Assembly: GCA_038087875.1 (NCBI GenBank)
Contig: CM075989.1
Location: 682,001-746,000, forward strand
DNA length: 64,000 bases
Reading direction: 5' to 3'
DNA from: Malacoraja senta
Lineage: Eukaryota
In this document: positions 13,827-26,579 of the stretch, piece after piece
Numbering within the stretch: the stretch's first letter is position 1
Layout of the letters: every line of letters starts with the position of its first letter
The notes under the pieces: model-generated
Told to the model about the DNA's origin: nothing
Databases searched by the model: none
What the model saw: only the letters and a program-made list of their open reading frames with translations
Program-made: the position numbers and the translations under genes

Positions 13827-14084
13827 TCACACAAAAATTGGGCAAAACAATCAATACTTTATTCAAGAGCGTCAAATACAGTGATCACTGGGTGCAATCT
13901 AGGAGATTACTCAACGAACAAAGATTCATCTGCTCCTTATACACAGACTTTCCTTTTGATCTTCTGTTTATCATAGCAAGCACTTGAGAAGTTTTCCTTC
14001 TTCCTTCGTCCACATCCAAAAGACACAGCAGCGTAAGCACAGCCCAATTCCACACCATCACAGATAAGCAAATGTCCTGTTACA
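13822..14084 (-). mobile_element. Candidate solo LTR
   Basis: Minus strand starts TGTAACA and ends gatgACA, with a TATA-like tgtataagg and an AATAAA. Flanks ctat/cttt match only 3 of 4, and the left end overlaps the CR1 tail. Confidence 0.4.
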
Positions 14085-14349
14085 CTTTCGACCTTATTTT
14101 ATTGTTTTGCGATTGCCATTTGTCCTTTGACAACAGAGAACAGAATCTGACTAAAGTAAACTGCAGTGAGTGTCGGTTACGCATGCTCAGTTTCAACCTT
14201 CTTTAAAGCACTGTATTATTAAAATGCATGAGAGGACTTTAAACATTTTAAGCTCTACCTATCCCTATCCCTTTCTGTCTTCTTGAAGCTTTGTAATTGT
14301 ATCTTTGTCAACCTCTTTGATAGTCACAGCGTGTATACGTGCTCTGCTC

Positions 14350-14695
14350 AGATGGAAGTGATCTGTGAAACAATAAGTTCACGGCTTTTTAACAAATTGG
14401 CAGCTTCTGTTCTAAATAAAGAAAAAGTAACCTCAAGCCCAAAGCCACCTCATCCATTTCCTGCACCACACCAAGACGCACGACCCACAGACTCATGACT
14501 CGTGTCCTGCTTCCCCTGGACATTCAGTCAGTCCCCTCAAGTATCTCAGCCTGACCAGCTGCAGCTGAGAGGACAAGCTGGTTGCCTGTGATCCTGATCA
14601 ACCCCACACCTTCCTGGGTGAGGACTGGACATTGTGAACAACACTGTCCTTGTTCAGAAAGGAATGAGGGACTTGACAACAGGTACAGCACAACG
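14350..14695 (+). promoter_or_regulatory. Candidate leukocyte-type promoter and non-coding first exon of the Siglec-like gene
   Basis: Unique sequence with ETS GGAAGTG (14354), RUNX ACCACA (14465), PU.1-like gcttcccct (14509) and tandem CAGCTG E-boxes (14556-14567), followed by a donor CG|gtaaga at 14696. The first coding exon has an acceptor (ttccag|, 16707) that needs an upstream donor. Confidence 0.4.
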
Positions 14696-16749
14696 GTAAG
14701 AATACTGAATTATCCAGTTGCAAGTAATACATCCTGCCCCTCTCCTCTTTTCCCAGACCCCAAATAATCCTGCTGTACACATATTTCTACAACCATCTCC
14801 CATCACCCTGCTCACTCTGCTTCTTTCCCCTCCTCCCTTTGCTCATAACCCATCCCTCAGTCCATTATTTCCCCTTTAACCCCCTTATTTCCCCTCTTTC
14901 CCTGTCCTTTCCACCCATATCCCTCGCTCCAGCTTCATATTTCACTCCTCATCTGGGCTGCTCCAAAAGATTAAGAAGCACAGGATCCATGTTGAAGGTG
15001 GACACAAAATGCTGGAGTAACTCAGCGAGACAGGCAGCATCTCTGGAGAGAGAAAATGGGTGAATAGTCTGAAGAACTAGTCTGAAGAAGGTTCTCGACC
15101 AAAAACATCGTCTAGTCTGAGTTACTCCAGCATTTTGTGTCTATCTTCTGTTTAAACCAGCACCTGCAGTTCCTTCCTGCACATGTTTAGATTTTGAACT
15201 GACTTACTCATAGAAGACAGAGCTTTGTGGTGGAAGGGTATTATTCTATTTGGAGGTCTGTGACCAGTGTAGTTCCACAAGGATCTGTGCTGGGACATCT
15301 GTTGTTTCTGATATACATATATATGAAGAAGTCAAATGTAAATGTAGATGGGTTGGTTAGAAAATTTGCAGACACCACCAAGATTGCTGGAGTTGCAAAC
15401 TTTGCGGAAGGCTGTCAAAGTATACAGATACAGATCAGCGACAGCAATGGGTGGAGAAATGGCAGATGGAATTTAATACCAGCAAATGTGAGGTGTTGCA
15501 CTTTGGGAGGTCAAATGCAAGGGAAAAATATACAATTAATGGAAAGACATTTAACTGTATTGACGTACGGAGGAATAATGGGGTACATGTCCACAACCTG
15601 TAAGTAACAACACAAGATAGAGTAGTGAATAAGGCTTGCCTTCATTGTTCGGGGTATGGAGTATAAGTGTCAGAAAGTTATGATACAGCTTTATAGGCCG
15701 CATTTGGAGGAATAATTGCCCCCAGTGTGAGAAGGATGTACAGGCTTTGGAAAGGGCGAGGACGAGGTTTACCAGAACCCATTGATTATTGGAGCCCCTC
15801 CGCTGGGTCCTCCCTTTGTTCTCGACGGTCCACCTCGCTCTAATTTCCCTCCTCACTCTTGGTGACGCGGGTTCCATCGACACTGGTGGCTCAGGACCAA
15901 GTTCGGTGGAGAGCCAGGTCTACCGGTGGGTCCTCCATTCTTGGTCTGCGGTGGATGATTTTCGGTCCTCTGACTGCGGTGAGCAGGAGCTCAGTCCACG
16001 GTGGGCGTCTCCTCCAATGTCGTGGTCGTGAGCCAGGCTTCCTTGCCGGGATCCTCCCACTGCGCTGCTTACCGGGACCCGACCAGAACCGTCAACTTTC
16101 TACTCCCTCCACAAATGCTGCCTGACCCACTGAGTTCTTCCAGCACTTTGTTGTTTTAACCCAAGATTCCAGCTCGTGCTGTGTCCTGTATCTATGTGAT
16201 AATTTCTAAACTCGTTATTCATGCCTGGTTTCCAGGGTCTGAGCAGTGGGGGACAACTCCGTCAATGGGTGGGTCTGGGGACGGCTGTCAAAGCCATTCT
16301 GTAAGTCCAGCGGTCACTGAACATAAGTTCATAAGTCACAGGAGCAAATTGGCCATTCGGCCCATCGAGCCTATTCCACCATTCAATCATAGCTGATCTA
16401 TCTTTCTTTCACCCAGCCTTCTCCCCATAACCCCAGACACCCGTACTAATCAAGAATCTGTCAATCTCCAGGATAGAATGTATAGAAGACTAGGGGAGGC
16501 CCTGGCCTGACCCAGGACATTGCACTGGGAGCCGGCTTCCAGAGGGAGACTGTACCTGGGACAACTCTGGAAGGACAGTGGGGTCCAAGCGCAGACAGCA
16601 GCAGTTTTGGGTCAGGGGAAGATCAGCCCCACTGTCCAGCAGCAGTTGGAATCTCTCGAGAGCTGCCGGGCAGGTGGAGAGATATCATTAACTATTCTCT
16701 CTTCCAGACCTGGAGAGTGGGAAACTGACGGGATATGTGGGATCGGACA

Positions 16750-16789
16750 ATGATGGGGAAATCGTACTTCTTCCTGTTACTACTCCAAG
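16750..16789 (+). CDS. Siglec-like receptor, coding exon 1 (signal peptide MMGKSYFFLLLLQ; exon probably starts at 16708)
   Basis: Hydrophobic leader; phase-1 donor G|gtacca matches the phase of the V-set exon. Confidence 0.8.
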
Positions 16790-17434
16790 GTACCATCAAC
16801 AACAGCTTGTGTGTGTTTATGGCCGACTGTCTGTACATTCTCATGATGGGGAATAACCTCCATCACTGCTACAACCCTCACTCTCTCTGTACCCCTAAGC
16901 TTTGCCCATTTGCTCCCTTCCCACCCACGTGCCTGTCCAAATGTCTTTTAAATGTTGTTATTGTACCGGCCTCAACCACTTCCTCTCACAGCTCATCATA
17001 TATACCCTCCACCTTCGTGTGAAAAATCTGTCCCTCGGGTCCCCTTCAAATCTTCCCCATCTCACCTTAAACATGTGGCCTTTAGTTTGAGACTCCCTAC
17101 AACGGGAGGGGATGTAAAACCTGCCTCTGGTATGAATAACCTGCTTTCACCTGGTGCTTGCTTTATCTGTCACTGCAGTCCACCCACCACTGTTCTCACA
17201 GGCTGCCAGAGAGACCTTGAGGTCTTCCCCTGGGTCAGTGCATGCGAGTTGCAGCAGCTGACCCTCAGTAAGAGAGTCAGTTCACGCGCAGTTCACGTTT
17301 TCAGAGGCAGAAAAGCACGAGAAGGTATTCACACACTTTGTCATCCCACAATGCCCAGGATGTGATTCCTACACAATGGAGTCTGGAAGATCCACAAGCC
17401 CTCCAGTGCCTAATGTTGTTCCTTCTCTCCTCAG

Positions 17435-17800
17435 CTGCAGTGTCAATGGAGTGGACAATCAACGCTCCATTAGAGGTGACAGCGCAGAGGGGTCTGTGTG
17501 CCCGGATTCCGTGCCACTACAGTTACCCGTCGCGTCTGAACAAAATAACACCGGTTGGAATCTGGATTAACGATGAGAACTGGAACCCTCAGTCTATCGC
17601 TTTCCACTCCGGGGATCGCAGTAGAGAATCACCAAGGTTTCACCATCGGACCCGGCTGTCTGGAGTCCTGAGAGATGGCAACTGTTCCCTGATTATGGAC
17701 AACATCACACAGGAAGATGAAGGTCCTTATCAATTTAGAATTGAATTCAACAGCAACGATCTTTTTAGCTTCTTCCCTGTAACACGGCTCCATGTTTGTG
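17435..17800 (+). CDS. Siglec-like receptor, exon 2: sialic-acid-binding V-set Ig domain
   Basis: Siglec hallmarks EW, GLCARIPC, GNCSL and EGPYQFRIE (essential Arg); acceptor tcctcag|, donor G|gtaagt; phase 1/1. Confidence 0.95.
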
Positions 17801-17818
17801 GTAAGTGTTCTGTATAAT

Positions 17819-20800
17819 AGTAAGATTAAATGAGAACTTAACAGTTTGAAGTTTGATCTTGATTTTATGACGGGTTACGATGAGCGATTACGCATGCGCG
17901 TCTTTCTTCAAAGCAGCGGTGTGAAATCACAGATAAGAGATGTTGACCTGAGGATAGTAAGATTTTGAAGAACTGGAACTACCAGATGACCTTGATAATA
18001 TGAGGGAGGGAGCGGTGGGCACATAATCGCTCATCGTAACTCCTCATAAAATCAAGATCAAACTTCAAACTGGTAAGTTCTCGTTTAATCTTACTATTTT
18101 ACTTCGGAGTCACGTGAGTGACTACGTGAAGATTTTAAAGCTCTGTGATTTCACGCCGGATACGAGTCCATGCGTCACACTCTGAATGGATTGACCATGG
18201 ATGAGTGAAAAAAGTAAAGCATTCAGACATAATGTAGTTAGGTAATAGGCAATGTTTCGGGCCGAAAACCTTCTTCAGACTGATAGGGGGTGGGGAGAAG
18301 AAAGGAAAAAGGCGGAGGAGGAGCCAGAGGGCTGAGGGATGGGAGGAGACAACCAGAGGGCTGAGGAAGGGGAGGAGACAGCAAGGGCTAGCACAATTGT
18401 GGTGGTCCCATTTGTGCTAGCCCTTGCTGTCTCCTCCCCTTCCTCAGCCCTCGGGCTCCTCCTCCACCTTTTTCCTTTCTTCTACCCACCCCCTATCAGT
18501 CTGAAGGAGGGTTTGGTCCGATACGTTGCCTATTTCCTTCGCTCCATAGATGCTGCTGCACTCGCTGAGTTTCTCCAGCATTTTTGTGTACCTTCGATTT
18601 TCCAGCATCTGCAGTTCCTTCTTTAACACATATTTGGGTAACTGGTGATTTAATCTGGATGCGAACAAATCAATATCCGGGATGCCATACCGTGTGATTA
18701 TGTCGTTAAATACTGCACGATTCAACATCCATTCTGTGTTGTCCTTGAATATCCGCGATCCGGTGTCTGCCACCGTTTTGTATCTACCTGGTAGGTAGAT
18801 AGCTGAGACCCAAATGTCCCTCGCAATACACCAGTGCCAAATAAGATTTGCCAATCTATCACAAGATACAGACTTAACAACACCCATGTGATTGACATAC
18901 GCCACCGCGGTTGTGTTGTCAATCTGAAGTTGAACATGCACATGTTGCATAGTGCTGCAATAAGCATTAAGCCCATAGAGCGCCCCCAACAACTCTAGGT
19001 AGTAAATACCATGTTGCTGAAGAATGAAGGACTCCTGCTCATTCCACCTACCACCGCAGCTAGAGATGGTATCAGTTCCTCCCCATCCTAGGCCGCTTGC
19101 ATCGATTTGTAAGATGACCAATGGAGTAACCAGCAAAATTTCCCTGGAGCTATGATGTAAATTCGTCATCCACCATTGTAATTCAGCAATGGCCTCGGCT
19201 GGCAATTGAATTGGTCTACCGAATTGGCCAGCGTGGGATCTGAGTGCCTGTTCCTTTGCACGTTGTAAATGTTTATAGTGCAAAGGCCCGTAACACACAG
19301 CTGGAAATGCAGCCACTAGTTTGCCAATTACACTCACTGTTTGTCTAATTGATGGCTTTTGTTTAACAATAAGGTCGTTGCAGGCTTTAGTTAACTCTAA
19401 TTGTTTGCCCCTAGGCAGAGGCACTGACATGTGAATTGTGTTAATTGTAAACCCCAGGTAATCAATAACCCTGGTAGTGTCAATTTGGACTTAACTGGAT
19501 GGATGAGAAAGCCCAATCTTTCAAACATGAGTTTGGTGGCTGAGACAGATGATTCTGCCGATTCCTTGGTGACCCCGAAGATTAGAATCTCATCCAAATA
19601 TGCCATGACTATGTGATTCTGAGCTCGTAGTAGCCCCAGAATAGGTTTCAGTAGTTTGGTAAATAGTCTGGGAGCTTGAGTCAGCCCATTAGGCAATGCT
19701 TTGAACTGCCATAATTGACCCATCCAGTTAAATTTGAAATATCTCCTGTGCTCCCTCTGAATAGGTACCAAGTAGTATGCATCGTTAAGATCGATGCATG
19801 CCATATAACCACCTTTAGAAACCAGTTGGATGGCAGTGCCAAAGTTATCCATTTTGAAATGTATATACTGCAGAAAATTGTTGAGTTCAGTTAAGTCTCG
19901 GATAATACGACATCCTCCATCCTTTTTCCACTTGGCGAATATATTGGATACAAATTGGTGAGGTTCCGGATGCGACCTCTCAATGACCTCTTTATTGGAC
20001 AAAGTTTGGATTTCAGCTTGTATATCCAAACTTTCCTGGTGTGAGAAAACATATGTGCGGTTTGGTGAATGTTGTGTGGGTGGTAATGAGTCAATAATGA
20101 ACTCAATTTTAAACCCTCGTATACTGTGCAGTATAAACGGATCCGCTGTGACCCAACACCATTCATTCAAGAAATGTTGCAATCTCCCCCCAAGGCATGT
20201 GTAAGGTGTTCCACAAGGAACTAGGTAGACCTACCTCAGTAGTTACTGGCGGTTAGGTGCTGGTTTTCGTTCGCGAGGCTTGGGAAGTAGAGCTGGTGGC
20301 GGTTGCCCTCTGCACATCCTTGCCATGGGCCGGCTGGGGCCCACCCCTAAAAAAGACCTTGATGCCTCCAGTTCGGGTCTTCCACCGGTTCCGGAGCCCC
20401 TAGGCAGGTATCGCCTGGTGCTTTAGGGTGCGTAGGGGTGAGCCTGGTATGATGAGCCCCTGGGTGTGGTTTGGGCTCTACTCATGAGGCGGATGGTCTT
20501 CGCCTCATTGTCCAGCTCCCGGACCTGTCTTGGCAGATCTTCCCCAAATAGATAATTGACCGGCTGGACGTTCCTGGCCTTGCACAGCACAGCAAACTTG
20601 GGGTTTAGTGCCGGCCGGATTGCGTTCTTGCGCAGGCAATTTATTTCGAAGTGAGCATTACACAGTAATACCACTGCATCCTGTTGAGTGTCGGTCAGTA
20701 GTTCCCCATCTACAGACCTAGCAAAGGCCGTGATACCAGAGGCCAGTAATTTCAGGACTTCCTGTAGCTTTACTTCCTGGGCTCTGACACCCGCTCCAAT

Positions 20801-21666
20801 GTGACCCCAGATGGAGTGGTTCACGGCCGGCACAATGAGGGAGGCACAGTTTGCAGGAGAGGGGAACCTGTTGGTGGTCTCCTCCATAGACAGGTCTTTG
20901 AGCTGCTGAGATGCCAAATAATTAATATTGTTGGCCAGGTCTTCATCCAGGGGTGCTCCTAATGGTGAGGATATGGCAAATCTGGATGCCAATAGTGGCA
21001 CTTCAGACCCGTGCCCCTGGGAATGCTCACCCACTGTGACTCCAAACTCTGTGTCAGGAAAAAACTCCCCCCTCCAGCGGAGGAGACACTTTGCAGCCCC
21101 ATGAATGAAGCCGCTGGCGCGGGCTGCTGCGGAGACCTGTGTTGATACTGCTCCCTCCTACGGAGCAGATCATTCTGGAGCCACCTCTGCATAAGGTGCT
21201 CCATATGGGTAAGTCGCCCATGGATGCTTCCCGATGAAGGAGGGGATCCCTCCTGGCCCGACTCATCTGAGTCTACGGGCCGTGCAGATTTCCATGTGGC
21301 CTTGCGCCCCTGCGGGACCGCCACGGTGCTTTCCTCGTGCACCAGGTCTGCTGCTGCTGGCTCCACCACCAGCGACAGTCGCCCGCTACCCGCATAACCG
21401 CGGTCTTCGGTAGCCGGCTTCCCCGCAGACCATCTCTTCATCTTAGGCATAGCTGGGTCCAACTTGTTGAAAAAACAAGACTCACTGAACCCGCCAATAT
21501 GACCGCAGAGTAGTTTTAAAAAACACTTACCTGCAGTTTTTAAAACATACCGCTGGAAGGACGCAGCGCGCCTGCCAGTCAGTCGTTGGCGCATGCTTCT
21601 GACGTAATGATGCGCATGCGGACTGACGGCCCTTCTTCACGTAGTCACGTGACTCTGAAGTAAAAT
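17819..21666 (-). mobile_element. DIRS1-type retrotransposon copy A (gag, RT, RNase H; YR deleted)
   Basis: Gag-like ORFs at 20423-21450, RT at 19397-20182 (IDLNDAY, LPNGL, YLDE), RNase H (DASG, ELLG, IDNTTA). ICR at ~18020-18135 is complementary to both termini; AAT core at both junctions. Confidence 0.93.
18243..18625. mobile_element. Penelope-derived inverted-repeat piece at the site of the missing MT/YR region of DIRS copy A
   Basis: Inverted arms around ~18400 with ctgaag..gaaac-like cores; DIRS coding sequence stops at LPKYV (18626). Confidence 0.75.
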
Positions 21667-21874
21667 CAGTCAACAACTGATATTCAGGCAGTAGGAAGTA
21701 ACACAAACTGTGCTTCTGCCCAATGAACACAAACCCAAGCTCAGTATCACAGTGTTTGATGGTTAAACCCTGGCATTGCCCTCCAGTCCAATCTCACCAC
21801 AATGCTGATACTTCTTCCATTATCAAAAGTAAAACATGAGCACTATATGCAGCTATTGATGTGGATAGCTGTAT

Positions 21875-22980
21875 TCAGTATTGATGTGGATAGAGAACTG
21901 GCTGGCAGACAGGAAGCAAAGAGCAGGAGTTAACGGGTCCTTTTCAGAATGGCAGGCAGTGACTAGTGGGGTACCGCAAGGCTCAGTGCTGGGACCCCAG
22001 CTATTTACAATATATATTAATGATTTGGACGAGGGAATTGAATGCAACATCTCCAAGTTTGCGGATGACACGAAGCTGGGGGGCAGTGTTAGCTGTGAGG
22101 AGAGTGCTAGGAGGCTGCAAGATGACTTGGATAGGCTGGGTGGTGGGCAAATGCATGGCAGATGCAGTATAATGTGGATAAAGTGGGGTTAACCACTTTG
22201 GTGGCAAAAACAGGAAAGTAGACTATTACCTGAATGGTGGCCGATTAAGAGAAGGGGAGATGCAACGAGACCTGGGTGTCATGGTACACCACTCATTGAA
22301 AGTAGGCATGCAGGTGCAGCAGGCAGTGAAGAAAGCAAATGGTATGTTAGCATTCATAGCAAAAGGATTTGAGTATAGGAGCAGGGAGGTTCTACTGCAG
22401 TTGTACAGGGTCTTGGTGAGACCACACCTGGAGTATTGCATACAGTTTTGGTTTCCTAATCTGAGGAAGGACATTCTTGCCATAGAGGGAGTACAGAGAA
22501 GGTTCACCAGACTGATTCCTGGGATGTCAGGACTTTCATATGAAGAAAGACTGGATAGACTCGGCTTGTACTCGCTAGAATTTAGAAGATTGAGGGGGGA
22601 TCTTATAGAAACTTACAAAATTCTTAAGGGGTTGGACAGGTTAGATGCAGGAAGATTGTTCCCGATGTTGGGGAGGTCCAGAACAAGGGGTCACAGTTTA
22701 AGGATAAAGGGGAAATCTTTTAGGACTGAGATGAGAAAAACATTTTTTACACAGTGGTGAATCTCTGGAATTCTCTGTAGTTGAGGCCAGTTCATTGGCT
22801 ATATTTAAGAGGGAGTTAGATGTGGCCCTTGTGGCTAAAGGGATCAGGGGGTATGGAGAGAAAGCAGGTACAGGATACTGAGTTGGATGATCAGCCATGA
22901 TCATATTGAATGGCGGTGCAGGCTCGAAGGGCTGAATGGCCTACTCCTGCACCTATTTTCTATGATTCTATGTTTCTATG
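21875..22980 (+). mobile_element. CR1 LINE 3' fragment
   Basis: [14 protein letters not shown] and RPHLEY motifs; (TTTCTATG)n tail. Confidence 0.93.
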
Positions 22981-23859
22981 AAAAAGAAAATTTCAGGCTG
23001 TGATGTTGGAATTATAATCAGCAAGTGTGAGATGTTGAACTTTGCAAAGTCGAATGCAAGGGGAATTTAATGGCAAGATCCGTAACAGCATTGAAAATTC
23101 AAAGGGTTCTTGGAGTCCAATCCCATAACACTGAAGGTGGCAACAGAAGTAAATAGTGTGGTAAAGAAGGGTTTTGGTATGCTCGCCTTCATTCATAGGA
23201 GCATTGAGTATAAGTCAGGAAGACATGATGAAGCTTTTGGGGGGGGGGGTATTTGGAGTATTGTGCGCAGTTCTCTTTGCTTCAGCTTAAGGTTAAGAGG
23301 GGAGAGATTTAAAAAGGACCTCAGGGGGAACCTTTTCATCCAGATAGTAGTCCACATCTGGAATGAGATGCCAGAGGAACAAAAGGAAGTGGATACAATT
23401 ACACCTTTAAAAGATATTTGGACATAAACATGGATAGGAAGCACATGTAGGTATTGGGGCCAAACATAGGCAAATTACATTAGCGTGGAATACCACTATT
23501 ATCAGCATGGACACGATGGGCTGAAGGGCCTGTTTCCATACTGTGTAGGTACACGACTACACAATCTGCTCAATTTGCATCTTATCCACCACCCCAAACC
23601 CTCCCTCCCTCTCTGCCCAAATACATTGAAAATGCAGCCGTGTGCAGCAAAGTTCCAGCAACCTCCACAGCATTTCTCTTTGGTTGCTGCTACTGATACG
23701 TATTATTTTTTTAATTTTTGCTGCAGATGTGTAATGTAAAGTTGGGCATATTCACTAAGGAATGACTCAAAGCTGTGATCTACTTCTCTGCTTGAAGCCA
23801 GCACTGAAATGTACTTCTTTTTAAAGAGTTGGTATCTCCCATATTAGCTCTGTGTAGGG

Positions 23860-24960
23860 TTCCTGTTCCACACAAGGCTGGATAAATGGTTCGGCAACAA
23901 TTATTTCTAATTTAGGGTCAACAAGACCAAGGAACTAATTGTTGAATTCAGAAAGGGGAAGTGGGGAAACCAGGTGTGGGTTGATGGTGGAGAGAGTTAG
24001 CAGCTTCAAATTCCTGGATGACCTGTCGTGGGTGTGCAGTAAATTGATCCAATTGTGAAGAAGGCAAACCAGTACCTCTACTTCCTGAGTTTAGGGAGAG
24101 TTGGTACACTAAGTTATGTGTATTGTCATGTGTCCCTGATAGGACAATGAAATTCTTGCATTGCTTCCGCACAAGAGAATATAGTAGGCATAAATGCAGA
24201 ACAGATCAGTGTGTCCATATATCATTGAATATATACATGCACACACATAAATAAACAGATAAAGTGCAATGGGCTATTAATGTTTAGAGTTTTGTTTGAG
24301 TTGAGTTTAATAGCCTGATGGCTGTGGGGAAGTTGGTATTCCTGAACCTGGTTGATGCAGACTTCAGGCTCCTGTACCTTCTACCTGTAGGCAGCGGGGA
24401 GATGAGTGTGTGGCTAGGATGCTGTGGATCCTTGATGATGCTGCTAGCCTTTTTGAGGCAGCGACTACTGCAACAAACTTCCACAGATGCACTGAAGAAA
24501 GTATCCTGATTGGTTGCATCATGGCATCATGGAGTGTGGCAATTCCAATATCCTGCCTCCAGATGGCAGCATCTATCATCAAGGATCCCCATCATGTGGG
24601 CCATGCTCTCTTCTCACTGCTACCGACAGGTCGGAGCTACAGAATCCTGTAGTCCCACACCACAGGTCAGCAACAGCCATGTTACTACTATGATCAGATT
24701 CTTGTACCGACCTACACAACTCTAATACTACTTCAGCAGTGGAACACTACAGACCACCTTGTACTGGCATGGACTTGGTTTCTTCTATCCTAATTATGTT
24801 TTTGCACTAATTGTCTGTTTTTATTGCACTTTCTTTTATAATCTTTTGTGCAATTTATGCAAAATGTGTTTTTTGTGTGTTTCTCCATGTGCCTGTGATC
24901 CTGCTGATTTTCACTACTCCTATACCTCACCCTACGTGTGCATATGACAATAGAATTGAA
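23860..24960. mobile_element. Degenerate Rex1/Babar-like LINE 3' fragments in both orientations
   Basis: IIKDPQHPSHTLISPLPTGRRYRSL (-, 24284-24484) and IIKDPHHVGHALFSLLPTGRSYR (+). Confidence 0.7.
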
Positions 24961-25312
24961 CTCCTTCCACCTCTTCCCATGTCCCTCATCACCACTTCAG
25001 ATGCCCCTCTCTCCTCAGTATCTATCTGGTTCCTCACAAATCCATCTCTGTTATTCACCACAAACCCTTCTAATGGGAATGAGGTGGTTGTTTTTCCTCC
25101 ACTGGATAGAGGAATTTCTCATGAATTCCCCCACTGGATTTATCAGGTCTGTCACAACTGGAGAACCAGAGACCTCTCCACCATTGCAGTGCTCCCTCAA
25201 GCCGAGAGGCCCAGTGCAAGGGCAAGTTAACAACATCTAAACTGCCAGCTGTGCTGTTCCCTCACAGGGCAACGTCTGGTGACATTTAACTGAAAGTTTT
25301 TCTGTTTATTAG

Positions 25313-25606
25313 ATTTCACAGATAAACCCTCAATATTCCCTGTTGAAACTGTGGAAGGAAAGACTGTGAACGTAACCTGCATCTTCAACACCACATGTGA
25401 TGGAACAGCTCCCAACTTAACCTGGGTCACCCCCACTGATGAACCACTGTCAGTCTCACACAGTGTAACTCAGTGGGGTGATAATCTGACATATACTTCT
25501 GTTGTGTCCCTGACCCCAGCGCTCCAACATCACGGGCAAAACCTCACCTGCAGATTCAGATACCTAACTGTTTCATCGGAGCAGACCTTCACACTGACTG
25601 TGCAAT
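25313..25606 (+). CDS. Siglec-like receptor, exon 3: first C2-type Ig domain
   Basis: DFTDKP..VNVTCIFNTTC..LTW..HHGQNLTC..LTVQ; ttattag| acceptor, T|gtaagt donor; phase 1/1. Confidence 0.95.
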
Positions 25607-25759
25607 GTAAGTATGAAGATTATTTATTGTACACAAACAACAATAGTCGGCATTGTACACAGCATGATTCCACAGCAGCACTGTAAAACTGGCAGAAACG
25701 TCTGTCTTTACCCAAGTAACTCTGGCAAGGACACTTGGGATACTCCTCTCCTGCTTCAT

Positions 25760-26050
25760 GAGACACTCCCACTGCACTGCCCCTCCTACTGGGCGACGCT
25801 CCCTCAATACTGCCCCTCCCCAGGGTTGATGCTCCCTCAGTATTGCCCCTTACAAAGTGTGGAGCTCCCACTGTACTGGCCCTCCCAATGTGGTGCTCTC
25901 TCAGTACCGCCCCTCCCACAGTGCGGCACTCCCTCAGTACTGCCCACCAGCCAGCACAGCTCTCTCTCACTACTGACCCTCCCACAGTGTGGCACTCCCT
26001 CAACACTGCCCCATTAACAGTATGGAGCTCCCTCAGCACTGCCCCATAAT
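25760..26050. repeat. ~33-bp degenerate minisatellite (cactccctcagtactgcccctcccacagtgtgg)
   Basis: About 9 tandem units in Siglec intron 3. Confidence 0.85.
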
Positions 26051-26205
26051 ATGCTGCATTATGCCCTTTCTATCATATAGCGATTTCCTTGGTAGCCTGA
26101 ACTGTGACAGAAAAAAACTTGCACAAATATCAGATGTTTTCCACCAGTGATCTCTAAAGATGCCCCACAACTGGTGCCCAGGCACTGATCTGTATTTGCT
26201 TTTAG

Positions 26206-26487
26206 ATTCCCCACAGAATCTCTCAATCAATTCTTCCGACAAGGTGAACAATTCCTGGGTCAGTATAAAGGAAGGGAACTCTACAGCGATCCTCTGCTCT
26301 GTCCAGAGTTTCCCAGCGTCTAACCTGACATGGAGACATCTCGGTGTCACACTGAACAGAACAATTTCCAACAACGAGCTGTGGTTGGAGTTCCCTCAAG
26401 TGACACCGCGCCTCACTGGGGTCTATCAGTGTGTGGCGGAGAATAAACATGGGACATCGGAGAGGACCGTGACCCTCGCCATAGAAC
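26206..26487 (+). CDS. Siglec-like receptor, exon 4: second C2-type Ig domain
   Basis: YSPQNLS..EGNSTAILCSVQSFPASNLTW..GVYQCVAENKHG; ttttag| acceptor, C|gtgagt donor. Confidence 0.95.
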
Positions 26488-26579
26488 GTGAGTGAACACA
26501 CCGACGTGTCTCTCCAAAGACAAACAGAGGAGGTGTTGTAAAGTACCTAAGCTGTAATTACCTAAGCTTTTACCAATAC

